A DNA stretch of 64,000 bases from Gammaproteobacteria bacterium (GTDB lineage Bacteria > Pseudomonadota > Gammaproteobacteria > JASBUN01). Numbering within the stretch: the stretch's first letter is position 1; every line of letters begins with the position of its first letter. Made by a program: the position numbers and the translations under genes. The notes beneath the pieces are model-generated. The model worked only from the letters and a program-made list of their open reading frames with translations, was not told the origin of the DNA and made no database searches. Below are positions 20,550 to 32,366 of this stretch, piece by piece. Location of the stretch: positions 13,472 through 77,471 of the forward strand of contig JASBUN010000031.1 of NCBI GenBank assembly GCA_030147845.1, read 5' to 3'.

Positions 20550-22931
20550 TCAATCTCTCAGTGCTGCACCCAGTTCTTGTTCCAGTTGTGCCACAATCCG
20601 GTGAATTGCGGCATCGACTTCCTGATCAGTAAGGGTGCGTGAACTTTCCTGTAAAATCAAGCCTAAAGCCAGACTTTTTCGTCCAAAATCTATACCCTTT
20701 CCACGATATACGTCGAACAGCCGCACTTCCTGGAGTAAATCGGGGAGCGCCGCCCGGATGCAATCGCATACTTGGCGCGCTGACACGTCTTCGTTGACCA
20801 CGATCGCCAAATCGCGGCGTATGGACGGGTATCTCGAAAGAGCCTCATAACGAGGCACGACCGCACAGCTCAACTCGTCGAGCTCCAGCTCGAACACCAG
20901 AACCCGATCGTTGATTCCAAGCTGGTGCTGTACTTCGGGGTGGATTGCGCCCACCCAGCCGAGGTTCTTGTTGTTGCGCACGATGCACGCCGACTGCCCA
21001 GGATGGAGTGCAGGATGCCGTTTGGATTCAAAGATAAATTGATCTCCGGCCGCGGTCAAATCCAACAATGCCTGTACGTCCGCTTTCATATCGTAAAAAT
21101 CAACGGCGCGGCTAGCCGCACCCCATTGCTCGCCTAAAGAAGTGCCAACAATGGCGCCGCTTATTACATTAACTTGATTTAATTCATCAGCTTGAAATAT
21201 AAACTTTAGTCCTGACTCGAAGATTCGAACACGACTCTGCTGGCGATTTAAATTATGCACCATGGTGCGCAGTAGACCCGGCCAAAGACCTGCACGCATG
21301 ATCGCCAGCTCCGACGAAATCGGATTCGCTAATTCCAGCCCGCGCGCGTCGGGATAGAACAGGGATTGGTCACGCCGGTCAATGAAACTGTAGGTTACAA
21401 CTTCTTGATATGCCCGTTCGACCAACGTCTGCTGGATACGTGAAATCGGCACATGCCCTTCCGGTCGCGGACGCATGACCAGGCGGCCCAGCGGCCGTTG
21501 AGTTGGTAGCCGATCATAACCATAAATGCGGCCAACCTCCTCGATAAGATCGACTTCTTGCGCAACGTCAAAGCGAAAGGTCGGCGGGCGTACCATCCAT
21601 TCGCCATGGTCGGTACGCGAGTTTTGCATCCCCAGGCGTATTAGAATTTCTTCCACTTCGGTAGCGGGAATTTCCATACCAAGAACGCGGGCCAAGCGGT
21701 GCGGTCGGAACATGATCGGCTCGGCTCGCGGCAAGTGCTTAGCGGACACCACTTCCGTGATCGGACCCGCCTGACCACCGACGATATCCAGCAGCAGACG
21801 CGTGGCGCGCTGCATTGCGGGCTCCTGAATCTCCGGATCGACACCACGTTCAAAACGATAAGATGATTCCGTTTGTAACCCGTACCGGCGCGCCCGACCG
21901 GCAATCGAGGTAGGCATGAAGAATGCACACTCCAGAAACAGATCGCGGGTCGCGTCGCTCACACCGGAATGCGCACCGCCCATGATGCCGGCCAAAGCCA
22001 ATGGTTTGTTAGCATCGGTAATCAATAAGGTGTCGGCGTCAACATGCAGCTCTTTGCCATCCAACAGCGTTAACCGCTCCCCCGTGCTCGCCCGCCGTAC
22101 GTGCACACCGTCATCGAGCTGGCTGAGATCAAACGCGTGCATGGGTTGCCCTAACTCCAGCAGGACATAGTTGGTTACGTCGACCAATGGGCCAAGGCTG
22201 CGGATGCCTCCGCGGCGAAGGCGCTCCTGCATCCATATCGGCGTCGACGCGGCGCTATTGACGCCCCGAATGACACGGCCGAGATAGCGTGGACAATCCT
22301 GCGGTGATTGCACAGTAACCGGCAACGTATCTTCGATGGTGACACTCACGGCTTCGATATCAACCCAAGTCACATCACATCGATTGAGCACACCAACCTC
22401 GCGGGCAATTCCAGCCATACCGAGGCAATCACCACGATTGGGTGTCAGATCGACGTCGATAACCATGTCATCGAGCTGCAGGTAGGTGCGTACATCTGCG
22501 CCGATCGGCGCATCCGCCGGTAACGCCATCAACCCTTCGCTGCTCTCCGCCAAGCCCAACTCCGTAGCGGAACACAACATACCGAAGGATTCGACGCCGC
22601 GTAGTTTGGTCTTCTTGATTTTCAATCCACTCGGCAAGCGCGCGCCTATCATCGCGGTTGGTACGCGCATGTCCGCACGCACATTCGATGCCCCGCACAC
22701 GATAACAAGCGGTTCATCTCGCGCAACGTCCACTTGGCATAGACGCAGTTTGTCCGCATCGGGGTGCGAATCCACTTTAAGCACATGGCCGATCACAACG
22801 CCGTCGAAGGCGGGAGCAGCGGGTAGCAGCGAATCCACCTCCAAACCCGCCATGGTCAACTGCTCCGCCAACGCTTCGGTCGCGACCGGCGGATTGACCC
22901 ATTCCCTCAACCACTTTTCACTGACTCTCAT
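20550..22931 (-). CDS. pheT: Phenylalanine--tRNA ligase beta subunit
   Basis: HPDADKL, LTPNRGDC, VDVTNYVLLELGQPMHAFD, RFERGVD, C-terminal FDX-ACB domain. Confidence 0.98.
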   Translation of the reverse strand: MRVSEKWLREWVNPPVATEALAEQLTMAGLEVDSLLPAAPAFDGVVIGHVLKVDSHPDADKLRLCQVDVARDEPLVIVCGASNVRADMRVPTAMIGARLPSGLKIKKTKLRGVESFGMLCSATELGLAESSEGLMALPADAPIGADVRTYLQLDDMVIDVDLTPNRGDCLGMAGIAREVGVLNRCDVTWVDIEAVSVTIEDTLPVTVQSPQDCPRYLGRVIRGVNSAASTPIWMQERLRRGGIRSLGPLVDVTNYVLLELGQPMHAFDLSQLDDGVHVRRASTGERLTLLDGKELHVDADTLLITDANKPLALAGIMGGAHSGVSDATRDLFLECAFFMPTSIAGRARRYGLQTESSYRFERGVDPEIQEPAMQRATRLLLDIVGGQAGPITEVVSAKHLPRAEPIMFRPHRLARVLGMEIPATEVEEILIRLGMQNSRTDHGEWMVRPPTFRFDVAQEVDLIEEVGRIYGYDRLPTQRPLGRLVMRPRPEGHVPISRIQQTLVERAYQEVVTYSFIDRRDQSLFYPDARGLELANPISSELAIMRAGLWPGLLRTMVHNLNRQQSRVRIFESGLKFIFQADELNQVNVISGAIVGTSLGEQWGAASRAVDFYDMKADVQALLDLTAAGDQFIFESKRHPALHPGQSACIVRNNKNLGWVGAIHPEVQHQLGINDRVLVFELELDELSCAVVPRYEALSRYPSIRRDLAIVVNEDVSARQVCDCIRAALPDLLQEVRLFDVYRGKGIDFGRKSLALGLILQESSRTLTDQEVDAAIHRIVAQLEQELGAALRD

Positions 22932-23131
22932 TCGTCTAAAACCTGTTCAGTGCAGCATGAATCGATATCACCACCGCAAAACAATCATCCCAACGTCACA
23001 GACTATTGCGTGCGGTTCTTATCCTGTTCGATTTCTGTCCGTTTTCAGCCATCGTCTTTGGCGGTTTCCGGCGATCGACGACGCCGCACGACGCAAATTA
23101 CGTCCTTTGGACGCACTCGTGAATTCGGTCG

Positions 23132-24169
<1,038 letters not shown>

Positions 24170-24198
24170 TCATGCAGCCTGGTCCCGTACATGCAAAC

Positions 24199-24230
24199 AA
24201 AAAAGGGAAGGCAAACTTGCCTTCCCTTTT
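24199..24230 (-). terminator. Intrinsic (bidirectional-type) terminator after rplT
   Basis: AAAAGGGAAGGCAA-ac-TTGCCTTCCCTTTT. Confidence 0.85.
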
Positions 24231-24282
24231 GTGATCACTCCGACTACCTCTTCTCATGCAGCGCTCAGCCGCGGCGGTCGTT

Positions 24283-24642
24283 TCAAGCGGAAAGGCAAGA
24301 CTTGGCTTTTTCCGCCAGCGCAGCGAAGGCTGTCTTATCATAAACCGCCAGGTCCGCCAGCACCTTACGATCAATTTCGATCTCGCCCCTACGTAGCCCG
24401 TTGATCATCTGACTGTAGGACAAACCGTTTTCGCGTGCACCGGCGTTGATACGCACAATCCACAATGCGCGAAAATCACGCTTCTTCTGGCGCCGATCGC
24501 GATAGGCATACTGACCCGCCTTGATAACGGCCTGCTTGGCCACACGAAAGACACGACTGCGCGCGCCGTAGTAACCCTTGGCCTTGGCTAAAACTTTCTT
24601 ATGCCGGGCGCGGGCTTCAACACCTCGTTTAACTCTTGGCAT
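24283..24642 (-). CDS. rplT: 50S ribosomal protein L20
   Basis: MPRVKRGV...[10 protein letters not shown]...YAYRDRR. Confidence 0.98.
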   Translation of the reverse strand: MPRVKRGVEARARHKKVLAKAKGYYGARSRVFRVAKQAVIKAGQYAYRDRRQKKRDFRALWIVRINAGARENGLSYSQMINGLRRGEIEIDRKVLADLAVYDKTAFAALAEKAKSCLSA

Positions 24643-24656
24643 GTTTGCTCACCCTC

Positions 24657-24854
24657 TCAGTTGAACGGCAACATGCGACGCACCGCGGCGACATCGCAAT
24701 CGGCTATTAGACTGCCGGCCCGCAGCTGGCGCTTACGCTTGCTGCTCTTCTTGGTGAGGATATGCCGGTGGTGCGACTGATTACACTTGAAACCGCCGGA
24801 GGCGGTTCGACTAAAGCGTTTGGCCGCGCCCCGATTACTTTTCATCTTGGGCAT
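24657..24854 (-). CDS. rpmI: 50S ribosomal protein L35
   Basis: [14 protein letters not shown]...HILTKK. Confidence 0.98.
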   Translation of the reverse strand: MPKMKSNRGAAKRFSRTASGGFKCNQSHHRHILTKKSSKRKRQLRAGSLIADCDVAAVRRMLPFN

Positions 24855-24923
24855 TACATATACTCCGCATTTGGTTCATCGTTCCAGGGCGGTACAAAAT
24901 TTTCTATCGATCGGCTCGTCGCC

Positions 24924-25451
24924 TTACTTGGAAGATTTTTTGGATCCGAACACCATCACCATCTGGCGTCCCTCCATACGGGGCCGCTGTTCGACCAGAC
25001 CGTACTCTTCCAAATCCGCTTCGACCCGCTGCAGAAGTTTGTAACCGAGTTCCTGGTGCGCCATTTCGCGTCCGCGAAAGCGCAGGGTTACCTTCGCCTT
25101 ATCACCATCATTTAGGAAACGTATCAGGTTGCGTAGCTTGACCTGATAATCCCCTTCGTCCGTTCCTGGACGAAACTTAATCTCCTTCACTTGAATTTGC
25201 TTCTGCTTTTTACGCGCAGATTGCAACTTCTTGCTTTCTTCGAACCTGAATTTTCCGTAATCCATGATTCGGCAGACCGGTGGTTCCGCGTTCGGAGCCA
25301 CCTCAACCAAATCCAGTTCTGCTTGTTCGGCGTTACGTAGCGCCTCGTCGATTGGAACCACACCCAGTTGTTCGCCTTCGGCGTCGATCAGCCGTACTTC
25401 ACGAACCGTGATCTGGTCGTTCAATCGAGTTTTCGTCTTCCCGGTTGCGAT
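24924..25451 (-). CDS. infC: Translation initiation factor IF-3 (non-canonical ATC start)
   Basis: [24 protein letters not shown]. In-frame ATC at 25451 lies 8 nt after GGAGG. Confidence 0.95.
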   Translation of the reverse strand: MATGKTKTRLNDQITVREVRLIDAEGEQLGVVPIDEALRNAEQAELDLVEVAPNAEPPVCRIMDYGKFRFEESKKLQSARKKQKQIQVKEIKFRPGTDEGDYQVKLRNLIRFLNDGDKAKVTLRFRGREMAHQELGYKLLQRVEADLEEYGLVEQRPRMEGRQMVMVFGSKKSSK

Positions 25452-25454
25452 GCT

Positions 25455-27380
25455 TTAGTCCTCCAAAACAGTTAAGCCGCGGCGCGCGGATTCCGCGGCG
25501 AGGCGTTCGCTCAGCTCATCCAGCGAGCAAGAGCCCAAATCCTCACCGCCCCGCGTGCGCACGGCCACAGAGCCAGATTCAACTTCCCGATCACCTACCA
25601 CTAACAGGTACGGAACCTTATGAATCGTGTGCTCGCGGATTTTAAAGCCGATTTTCTCATTTCTCAAGTCCGAATTGACCCGAAAACTCTTGTTTTTCAG
25701 GAAGTCGGTGACTTGGGTGACATAATCGGCCTGACGATCGGTAATATTCATAACGACTGCCTGCACCGGCGCCAGCCAAAGTGGGAAGGCGCCGGCGTAA
25801 TGCTCGATCAATACGCCGATGAATCGTTCCATTGATCCAAGGATGGCGCGGTGCAACATGACCGGCGTCTGCCGGCTGCCATCTTCAGCAACATATTCGG
25901 CGCCGAGACGCCCTGGCATGGAAAAATCCACTTGGATGGTACCGCACTGCCATACCCGTTCTAGACAGTCTTTGAGTGAAAACTCGATTTTTGGCCCGTA
26001 AAAGGCACCCTCGCCTGGCTGCAAATCCCACTTTAACTCTTTGGTATTCAAGGCTTTTTCAAGCGCCTGCTCAGCTTTGTCCCAAATCTCGTCAGAACCG
26101 ACCCGCTGGGGCGGCCGCGTCGACAGCTTGACAATGACTTGATCAAAGCCGAAATCCGCGTAGACCTTGAATAATAGATCAATAAAGCTCGAAACCTCGT
26201 CCTGAATCTGCTCTTCGGTGCAAAAAATGTGCGCATCGTCCTGCGTGAAGCCGCGCACACGCATCAATCCATGCAGCGTTCCCGACGGCTCGTTGCGATG
26301 ACAGGAACCAAATTCCGCCATCCGCAACGGCAAATCGCGATAACTCTTCAATCCCTGATTAAATATCTGGATATGGCACGGGCAGTTCATCGGCTTGATG
26401 GCGAACGTACGCTTTTCCGACTCCGTGGTGAACATATCCTGACGAAATTTATCCCAATGCCCGGAACGTTCCCACAATACCCGATCGGCCAAATTGGGCG
26501 TGCGCACTTCCTGATAGTCATGCTCACGCAAAACACCACGGATATATTGCTCAATTTGCTGATAGACGGTCCAGCCATTGTCGTGCCAAAACACCATCCC
26601 AGGCGCTTCTTCCTGGGTGTGGAATAGATCAAGCTGCCGTCCGAGCTTACGATGGTCGCGCTTCTCGGCCTCTTCCAAGCGGTGTAAGTAAGCCTTCAGC
26701 GCCTTTTTGTCGGTCCATGCGGTACCATAAATACGCTGCAGCATCTCGTTGTTGGAGTCGCCGCGCCAGTACGCGCCGGCAAGTTTCATCAACTTAAACG
26801 CTTTAATCTTACCCGTGCTCGGTACATGCGGCCCGCGGCACAGATCAATGAAATCTCCTTGGCGATAAAGCGAAATATCCTGATCTTGCGGGATGTCTTG
26901 AATGATTTCGGCTTTGTACTCCTCGCCCATGTCGCGGAAGAAGGCCACCGCCTCATCGCGCGGCATAACCGTGCGTTCGACTTTCTCGTCCTTACGCGCG
27001 AGTTCCTCCATGCGTTTTTCGATCGCATGAAGATCCTCCGGAGTAAAGCCTTTTGGATAAGAAAAATCGTAGTAGAAGCCGTTTTCGATGACCGGTCCGA
27101 TAGTTACCTGGGCATCCGGATACAGTTGCTTGACCGCTTCGGCCAGTAAATGCGCAGTCGAATGTCGGATGACATCCAGCCCTTCCGGATCGCGCTCGGT
27201 GATAATGGCTAGTTGCGCATCCTGTTCGATCCGATGCGAAGTATCCACCAACTGTCCGTCAACCTTGCCGGCCAACGCCGCCTTGGCCAAGCTGGCGCCG
27301 ATATCGGCCGCGACTTCGGCCACGGTTACGGGATGCGGAAATTCACGTTGACTGCCGTCCGGCAGCGTTACTCTAGGCAT
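25455..27380 (-). CDS. thrS: Threonine--tRNA ligase
   Basis: TLPDGS TGS domain, [29 protein letters not shown]. Confidence 0.98.
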   Translation of the reverse strand: MPRVTLPDGSQREFPHPVTVAEVAADIGASLAKAALAGKVDGQLVDTSHRIEQDAQLAIITERDPEGLDVIRHSTAHLLAEAVKQLYPDAQVTIGPVIENGFYYDFSYPKGFTPEDLHAIEKRMEELARKDEKVERTVMPRDEAVAFFRDMGEEYKAEIIQDIPQDQDISLYRQGDFIDLCRGPHVPSTGKIKAFKLMKLAGAYWRGDSNNEMLQRIYGTAWTDKKALKAYLHRLEEAEKRDHRKLGRQLDLFHTQEEAPGMVFWHDNGWTVYQQIEQYIRGVLREHDYQEVRTPNLADRVLWERSGHWDKFRQDMFTTESEKRTFAIKPMNCPCHIQIFNQGLKSYRDLPLRMAEFGSCHRNEPSGTLHGLMRVRGFTQDDAHIFCTEEQIQDEVSSFIDLLFKVYADFGFDQVIVKLSTRPPQRVGSDEIWDKAEQALEKALNTKELKWDLQPGEGAFYGPKIEFSLKDCLERVWQCGTIQVDFSMPGRLGAEYVAEDGSRQTPVMLHRAILGSMERFIGVLIEHYAGAFPLWLAPVQAVVMNITDRQADYVTQVTDFLKNKSFRVNSDLRNEKIGFKIREHTIHKVPYLLVVGDREVESGSVAVRTRGGEDLGSCSLDELSERLAAESARRGLTVLED

Positions 27381-27404
27381 GGCGTTGTCCCCTTGCACTC
27401 AGTG

Positions 27405-27463
27405 GCGACCGCTACGAAGGGCCGCTTGGAAAATTTACCGGTGGCCGTTACGAGTGGCCAACC
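27405..27463 (-). promoter_or_regulatory. thrS translational operator with two tRNA-Thr anticodon-arm mimics
   Basis: Minus-strand hairpins TGGCC-a-CTCGTAA-c-GGCCA and GCGGCCC-TTCGTA-G(c)GGTCGC both show CGU in the loop, just upstream of the RBS. Confidence 0.75.
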
Positions 27464-28006
27464 GTCTCGCTAGGCAACCACCGCTACCAAGGGTCGTCGC
27501 CGCGCCGACAAGCACTTTCGATGATAATCAAGCTGCAGCCGAATCGCGCGTCACCACCGCTGCGCTTCGCAGGCGGATATCTCAACGATGCAGCCAGACT
27601 TAGCCTTTTGATTATACCAACAAAATGTATTGGCGTCCAAGCTCGGCGCCGAGCCACGCCTCGCTTCACGGAGTCGGCTGCGTTCCACCGTCCGCTGCGG
27701 CTCGCGCGCCGGTCGCTACACGTAACGCCCTATCACTACGGTTCACATTTCGAAACCGGGCGGGGTATCCACCGACACCAACGTTAACGTTGGTCGCAGC
27801 AGAAAAGACCGCGACTGCGTCGTCGGCATTCCGCCTCAGACTCAATCTCATCCCCACACCCCGTAGCGTGCGCGGAATCAAAGTAGTGCAGTGTTGATGA
27901 CGATCTTTAACCGCGATGAGTTATGCGCATCGAAATGCCGGCCCGCATCAATGCGGTAGCCGAACCATCGGCACTACAACGACAACAACATTGAAAAGGC
28001 GCTTCG

Positions 28007-28048
28007 TTGATTTAGATCAATTTTGACTTCGCACTTACGGCGTAGACT
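28007..28048 (+). promoter_or_regulatory. FNR/ANR box with class II promoter geometry upstream of the cox operon
   Basis: Perfect TTGAT-TTAG-ATCAA (28007-28020). TAGACT at 28043-48 is where a -10 would be if the box is centred at -41.5. Confidence 0.8.
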
Positions 28049-28322
28049 TCCTCCAAATGTTGCCCTGCACGCTCATCAGCACCACCTTGTTACGAAAATA
28101 ACAACGTGGTTTGGCGTGCAACGGGCACCTCCCCCATGACGATAAATCTGAGGCTGTAGTGTATTCGTTGGCAATATTTTGGCAGCGGCCCGCAACATTA
28201 TTCGCGCTGACGTTGTATCGATCGGATCACGCCTGATGGCTTTTATGCGAGATCGCAGCAAGCTTGGCGCAGGTGCTTTCACTCGGCTTGGCGAACCGGA
28301 TCTTCGACGATAAACATTTAGG

Positions 28323-29552
28323 ATGGTCGCAATGATAAGTAAAAGAAAGTTGTTGGGGTTGGCGGCAACCTTTGGATTGGCCGGCTTAATACCTTCTCTA
28401 GCGATGGCCAAGAATCCGTTCGACTTTCAGACACCCGTGACCCCCATTGCCAAAGAAACACTCTATATACATAACCTCTTTCTAATCATCATCGCCGTAA
28501 TATTTACCCTGTGCCTAGGTATCCTGTTCTATTCACTAGTCATGCACCGCAAAAGTCGCGGCCACAAAAGCGCCTTATTTACCAAGCCGACGACGACCAA
28601 ACAATGGATATTCACTATCATTCCGTTTCTGGCGTTGGCGTTTATCGACTATGTTGTGCTCGGCATCCCGGCGTTTCACTCGATATTGGCGCTGGCGGAC
28701 ACGAGCCATGCCGACATGGTGGTCAAGGTAACCGCCAGTCAATGGAAATGGCAGTACGAATACCCCAAAGACGGAATCAAGTTCACCAGCACCCTATCCA
28801 CACCGCAAAGCCAAATCTCCGGTAAGCAGCCGCCGGATAAACATTTTCTACTTGAAGTCGATCATCCGCTGGTATTGCCCACCAACAAAAAAATTCGCAT
28901 CGTGTTGGCATCAAACGACGTCATTCATGCTTTCTGGGTGCCCGCATTCGGAATCAAGCAAGACGCCGTTCCGGGCTATCTACGCAACACTTGGGTAGAC
29001 ATCAAAAAGCCCGGCGTCTATCGAGGTCAGTGTGCGGAACTGTGCGGTGTCGGACATGCCTTTATGCCTATAGTGGTGATTGCAAAGCCCGAAGCGGAGT
29101 TCACCGCGTGGCTAGCCCAACAAAAAATCAAGCAGGCACGAGCTGCCACGGCAGAAAATAAAAACTTTTCCAAAAGAGAATTGCTAGCCCGAGGCAAGTC
29201 GGTATTCAAAGCCAACTGCGCCGCCTGCCACCAACTCAACGGCATGGGAATTCCCGGCACTTTTCCGCCACTAGCAGAAGGGAAAGCGTTCTCTGCATCG
29301 CCGCAAATGCTCGAGCAGTTGCGCAAACGCGGTTTCTATAAGAACGGAAAAATAGTTATGGGTCCGGTCAAAGATCATGTGGATATTGTCTTACACGGCA
29401 TTCACGGTACGGCAATGCCGGCTTTCGTCTCACAACTAAGCGATGCTGACATTGCAGCGCTGGTCACTTACGAGCGAAACGATTTTGGTAACCATACCGG
29501 TGACGTGCTGCAACCGTCACAGGTCAAGAGCATCCGTTCAACGAAGAAATAG
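28323..29552 (+). CDS. coxB: Cytochrome c oxidase subunit II with fused C-terminal cytochrome c (caa3-type)
   Basis: QWKWQYEY, DVIHAFWVP, CuA motif CAELCGVGHAFMP, then CAACH...AMPAF. Alternative start at 28332. Confidence 0.95.
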   Translation: MVAMISKRKLLGLAATFGLAGLIPSLAMAKNPFDFQTPVTPIAKETLYIHNLFLIIIAVIFTLCLGILFYSLVMHRKSRGHKSALFTKPTTTKQWIFTIIPFLALAFIDYVVLGIPAFHSILALADTSHADMVVKVTASQWKWQYEYPKDGIKFTSTLSTPQSQISGKQPPDKHFLLEVDHPLVLPTNKKIRIVLASNDVIHAFWVPAFGIKQDAVPGYLRNTWVDIKKPGVYRGQCAELCGVGHAFMPIVVIAKPEAEFTAWLAQQKIKQARAATAENKNFSKRELLARGKSVFKANCAACHQLNGMGIPGTFPPLAEGKAFSASPQMLEQLRKRGFYKNGKIVMGPVKDHVDIVLHGIHGTAMPAFVSQLSDADIAALVTYERNDFGNHTGDVLQPSQVKSIRSTKK

Positions 29553-29581
29553 CGTCGGACATACTGCTGGAGGATTGGTAA

Positions 29582-31174
29582 ATGAGTGCTGTTATCACCA
29601 GTGACGAACACAGCCATGACCGCCCTCGCGGGATAACTCGCTGGCTATACGCTACCAATCACAAGGACATCGGCCTGATGTATCTGTTGTTCGGCCTGAC
29701 GATGTTCCTCGTCGGTGGGCTGCTCGCCATGCTCATCCGCATGGAATTGTTCCAGCCCGGCATGCACATCATGCAACCGGAGCTATACAACCAAATCATC
29801 ACCGTGCACGGTTTGGTGATGGTATTCGCCGCGCTAATGCCGGTCACCGCCGGGCTGGCAAACTATATGATACCGATCATGATCGGCGCACCCGACATGG
29901 CGCTGCCACGCCTCAACAATTGGGGCTTCTGGTTGTTGCCACCCGCCGCCATACTGTTGGTCATGCCCTGGGTCCTGGAATTGTTCGGCATCGGCGGAGG
30001 AACGATCGACACCGGCTGGACCATGTATGCGCCGTTATCGGTGCAATCCGGTATGGGAATGGATTTCGCCCTTTTTGCCGTATTTCTTCTTGGCGTTTCA
30101 TCAACCATGGCGTCGATCAATATTATTGTCACCATCTTCAACATGCGCGCACCGGGTATGACAATGCTTCGGGTTCCGTTGTTCGCCTGGAGCTGGCTCA
30201 TTACCGCGCTATTGCTTATCGCCGTTTTCCCGGCCTTGATCGCCGGCGCGGTCATGCTGTTGACCGATCGACATTTCGGCACGCACTTCTTCAATGCTGC
30301 CGGTGGTGGCGACCCGATACTGTGGGAGCATCTATTTTGGTTCTTTGGACATCCAGAAGTGTATATTCTACTCCTGCCTACGGCCGGAATTCTGCCGCAT
30401 ATTTTCTCGACTTTCGCCCGTAAACCCATTTTCGGTTATAAGGCGCAGGTCTATTCGTTTTGTGTCACCGGCTTCCTGTCGATTATCGTCTGGGCACATC
30501 ACATGTTTACCTCGGGGATGCCCGCCTCTGCGAATATCTATTTCATGTTCAGCACCATGGCTATATCGGTGCCGGTAGCCGTTATGTTTTTCTGCTGGAT
30601 CGCGACGATCTGGCGCGGCTCCATGACGTTCGAGACGCCAATGTTGTTTGCACTCGGGTACGTCGTACTCTTCGGGATCGGTGGGCTGACCGGTCTGGTT
30701 CTTTCTGACGCGGTCGCCGATCAGCAATATCACAATTCCTACTTTCTGGTCGCACATTTTCACTTTGCCCTGTTCGGCGGACCGGTTATGGGCGTAATCG
30801 CGGCTGCTTACTATTATCTACCTAAAATTACCGGGCGCATGTATAGCGAACGGTTAGGAAAATGGCATTTTTGGTTGACTATAATCGGCTTTAACGTCAC
30901 CTTTTTGCCGCAGTTTTTCCTCGGCATTGCCGGTATGCCGCGCCGCATTCCAGACTACGCACTGCAATTCAGTAATCTGAACATGTTGTCGAGCATAGGC
31001 GCGTTCGTGCTCGGCGCATCGCAGCTTCTGTTCGTCATCAACGTGATCAAAACATCGATCGGTCACGGCGCCAAAGCCGACGCGCAGGTCTGGGATGGCG
31101 CCAGCGGACTCGAGTTTACGCTGTCTTCGCCGCCACCATATCACTCCTTTGCAAAGGCCGATGGCAACAGGTAG
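29582..31174 (+). CDS. coxA: Heme-copper oxidase subunit I, A1-type motifs but K-channel residues substituted
   Basis: TNHKDIG, HGLVM, DMALPRLNN, GHPEVY, WAHHMF, AHFH, GMPRR. Confidence 0.95.
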   Translation: MSAVITSDEHSHDRPRGITRWLYATNHKDIGLMYLLFGLTMFLVGGLLAMLIRMELFQPGMHIMQPELYNQIITVHGLVMVFAALMPVTAGLANYMIPIMIGAPDMALPRLNNWGFWLLPPAAILLVMPWVLELFGIGGGTIDTGWTMYAPLSVQSGMGMDFALFAVFLLGVSSTMASINIIVTIFNMRAPGMTMLRVPLFAWSWLITALLLIAVFPALIAGAVMLLTDRHFGTHFFNAAGGGDPILWEHLFWFFGHPEVYILLLPTAGILPHIFSTFARKPIFGYKAQVYSFCVTGFLSIIVWAHHMFTSGMPASANIYFMFSTMAISVPVAVMFFCWIATIWRGSMTFETPMLFALGYVVLFGIGGLTGLVLSDAVADQQYHNSYFLVAHFHFALFGGPVMGVIAAAYYYLPKITGRMYSERLGKWHFWLTIIGFNVTFLPQFFLGIAGMPRRIPDYALQFSNLNMLSSIGAFVLGASQLLFVINVIKTSIGHGAKADAQVWDGASGLEFTLSSPPPYHSFAKADGNR

Positions 31175-31340
31175 TTCGGCGCAACCGTCCTATGCACGCT
31201 ATGGCGAAACCAACGGCACTGACTGGATCGAACGATGAAGTGGGTCGTGGACCATTCGAGTTGCGCGGCTACAGCTACCCGAACGGGTCGCATATGAATT
31301 TTGAATCCTGGTGCAGATCAGCGAGAAAGGGGAATCGAGC

Positions 31341-32195
31341 GTGAACATGGGAGATGTCCAACGTGGTTACTATACACCGGACCAAAGTCCATATCCGATC
31401 ATACTCGCGGCGAGCCTGTTTCTCATGGCGCTCGGTGCGGTACTCGAAGTAAACGGTCATGATGTTGGCAGTTGGTTTCTTCTGGCGGGCGGGGCCTCAT
31501 TAATTTTTGTGCTGTTCGGGTGGTTCGGCAAAGTAATCGGCGAAAGTCGGCGCGGGCTTTACTTCGCCAAGGAGGACCGTTCATTCCGCATGGGGATGGC
31601 TTGGCTCATTGCATCCGAGGTGGTGTTCTTCGCCAGCCTCTTCGGTGTTCTGTTCTACGAACGCAATATCGCCGTACCGTGGCTGGCTTCACTCGACCCC
31701 AACTATACCCCGTGGTTGCATTTCACCAGTGCATGGCCCACGTTCGGCCCCGCAGGGAAGCCTTTCGTAGCCATGAAGCCATGGGGCATTCCGGCACTCA
31801 ACACTGCAATTTTGCTGAGTTCAGGTGCGACCGTAACGTGGGCCCATTGGGGCCTACGTAAGAACAAACCGCTGTGGACCAAGGTTGGATTGTTCTTGAC
31901 CGTAGCGCTGGGCATTATCTTCCTGTTCATGCAAGTGCACGAATTTCATGATGCTTACACGCATCTGGGTCTGACGCTCAAATCCGGCGTCTACGGTGCT
32001 ACGTTTTTTATTTTGACCGGCTTTCATGGTCTTCACGTGACGTTTGGCGTGATTATGTTGACGGTCGTGTTCAGCCGGGCGTTAAAAGGGCATTTTACCG
32101 CCGACAACCACTTCGCTTTCGAGGCAGTCAGCTGGTATTGGCATTTCGTCGATATCGTCTGGTTGTTGCTGTTCGTATTCGTATATTGGCTGTAG
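31341..32195 (+). CDS. coxC: Cytochrome c oxidase subunit III
   Basis: IASEVVFF, NTAILLSSG.TVTWAH, TGFHGLHV, WYWHFVD. GTG start after AAAGGGGA. Confidence 0.93.
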   Translation: MNMGDVQRGYYTPDQSPYPIILAASLFLMALGAVLEVNGHDVGSWFLLAGGASLIFVLFGWFGKVIGESRRGLYFAKEDRSFRMGMAWLIASEVVFFASLFGVLFYERNIAVPWLASLDPNYTPWLHFTSAWPTFGPAGKPFVAMKPWGIPALNTAILLSSGATVTWAHWGLRKNKPLWTKVGLFLTVALGIIFLFMQVHEFHDAYTHLGLTLKSGVYGATFFILTGFHGLHVTFGVIMLTVVFSRALKGHFTADNHFAFEAVSWYWHFVDIVWLLLFVFVYWL

Positions 32196-32366
32196 ACAAC
32201 CGGCCGACTGTTACCTATCAGGCGTGTCGTCGCCGCACGCTCGCGCGCGATTTGAGTTGCGTGCGGTTCGATCTCGTGTTTGCGTGAACTCTCCGCAGGC
32301 CTAGCGCTTCACGCGCGCGGATTCCAGCCTTGGCGTCACCGGTCACGCGCAACAGTCGATTGAGCC

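Noticed and set aside
27630-27638. TGGCGTCC resembling a tRNA 3'-end att site at the island's left border
   Set aside because: Only about 8 bp, and it does not match the tRNA-Val 3' end; expected by chance.
28168-28184. GG-N10-GC (TTGGCAATATTTTGGCA) in the cox leader as a sigma-54 promoter
   Set aside because: The -12 element is TGGC rather than TTGC, and the perfect FNR box with a matching -10 explains the region better.
29582-31174. Direct assignment of coxA as a known nitric oxide reductase family
   Set aside because: It keeps the HPEVY tyrosine and A1 D-channel motifs and lacks the NOR-type active-site substitutions. Function is left open.
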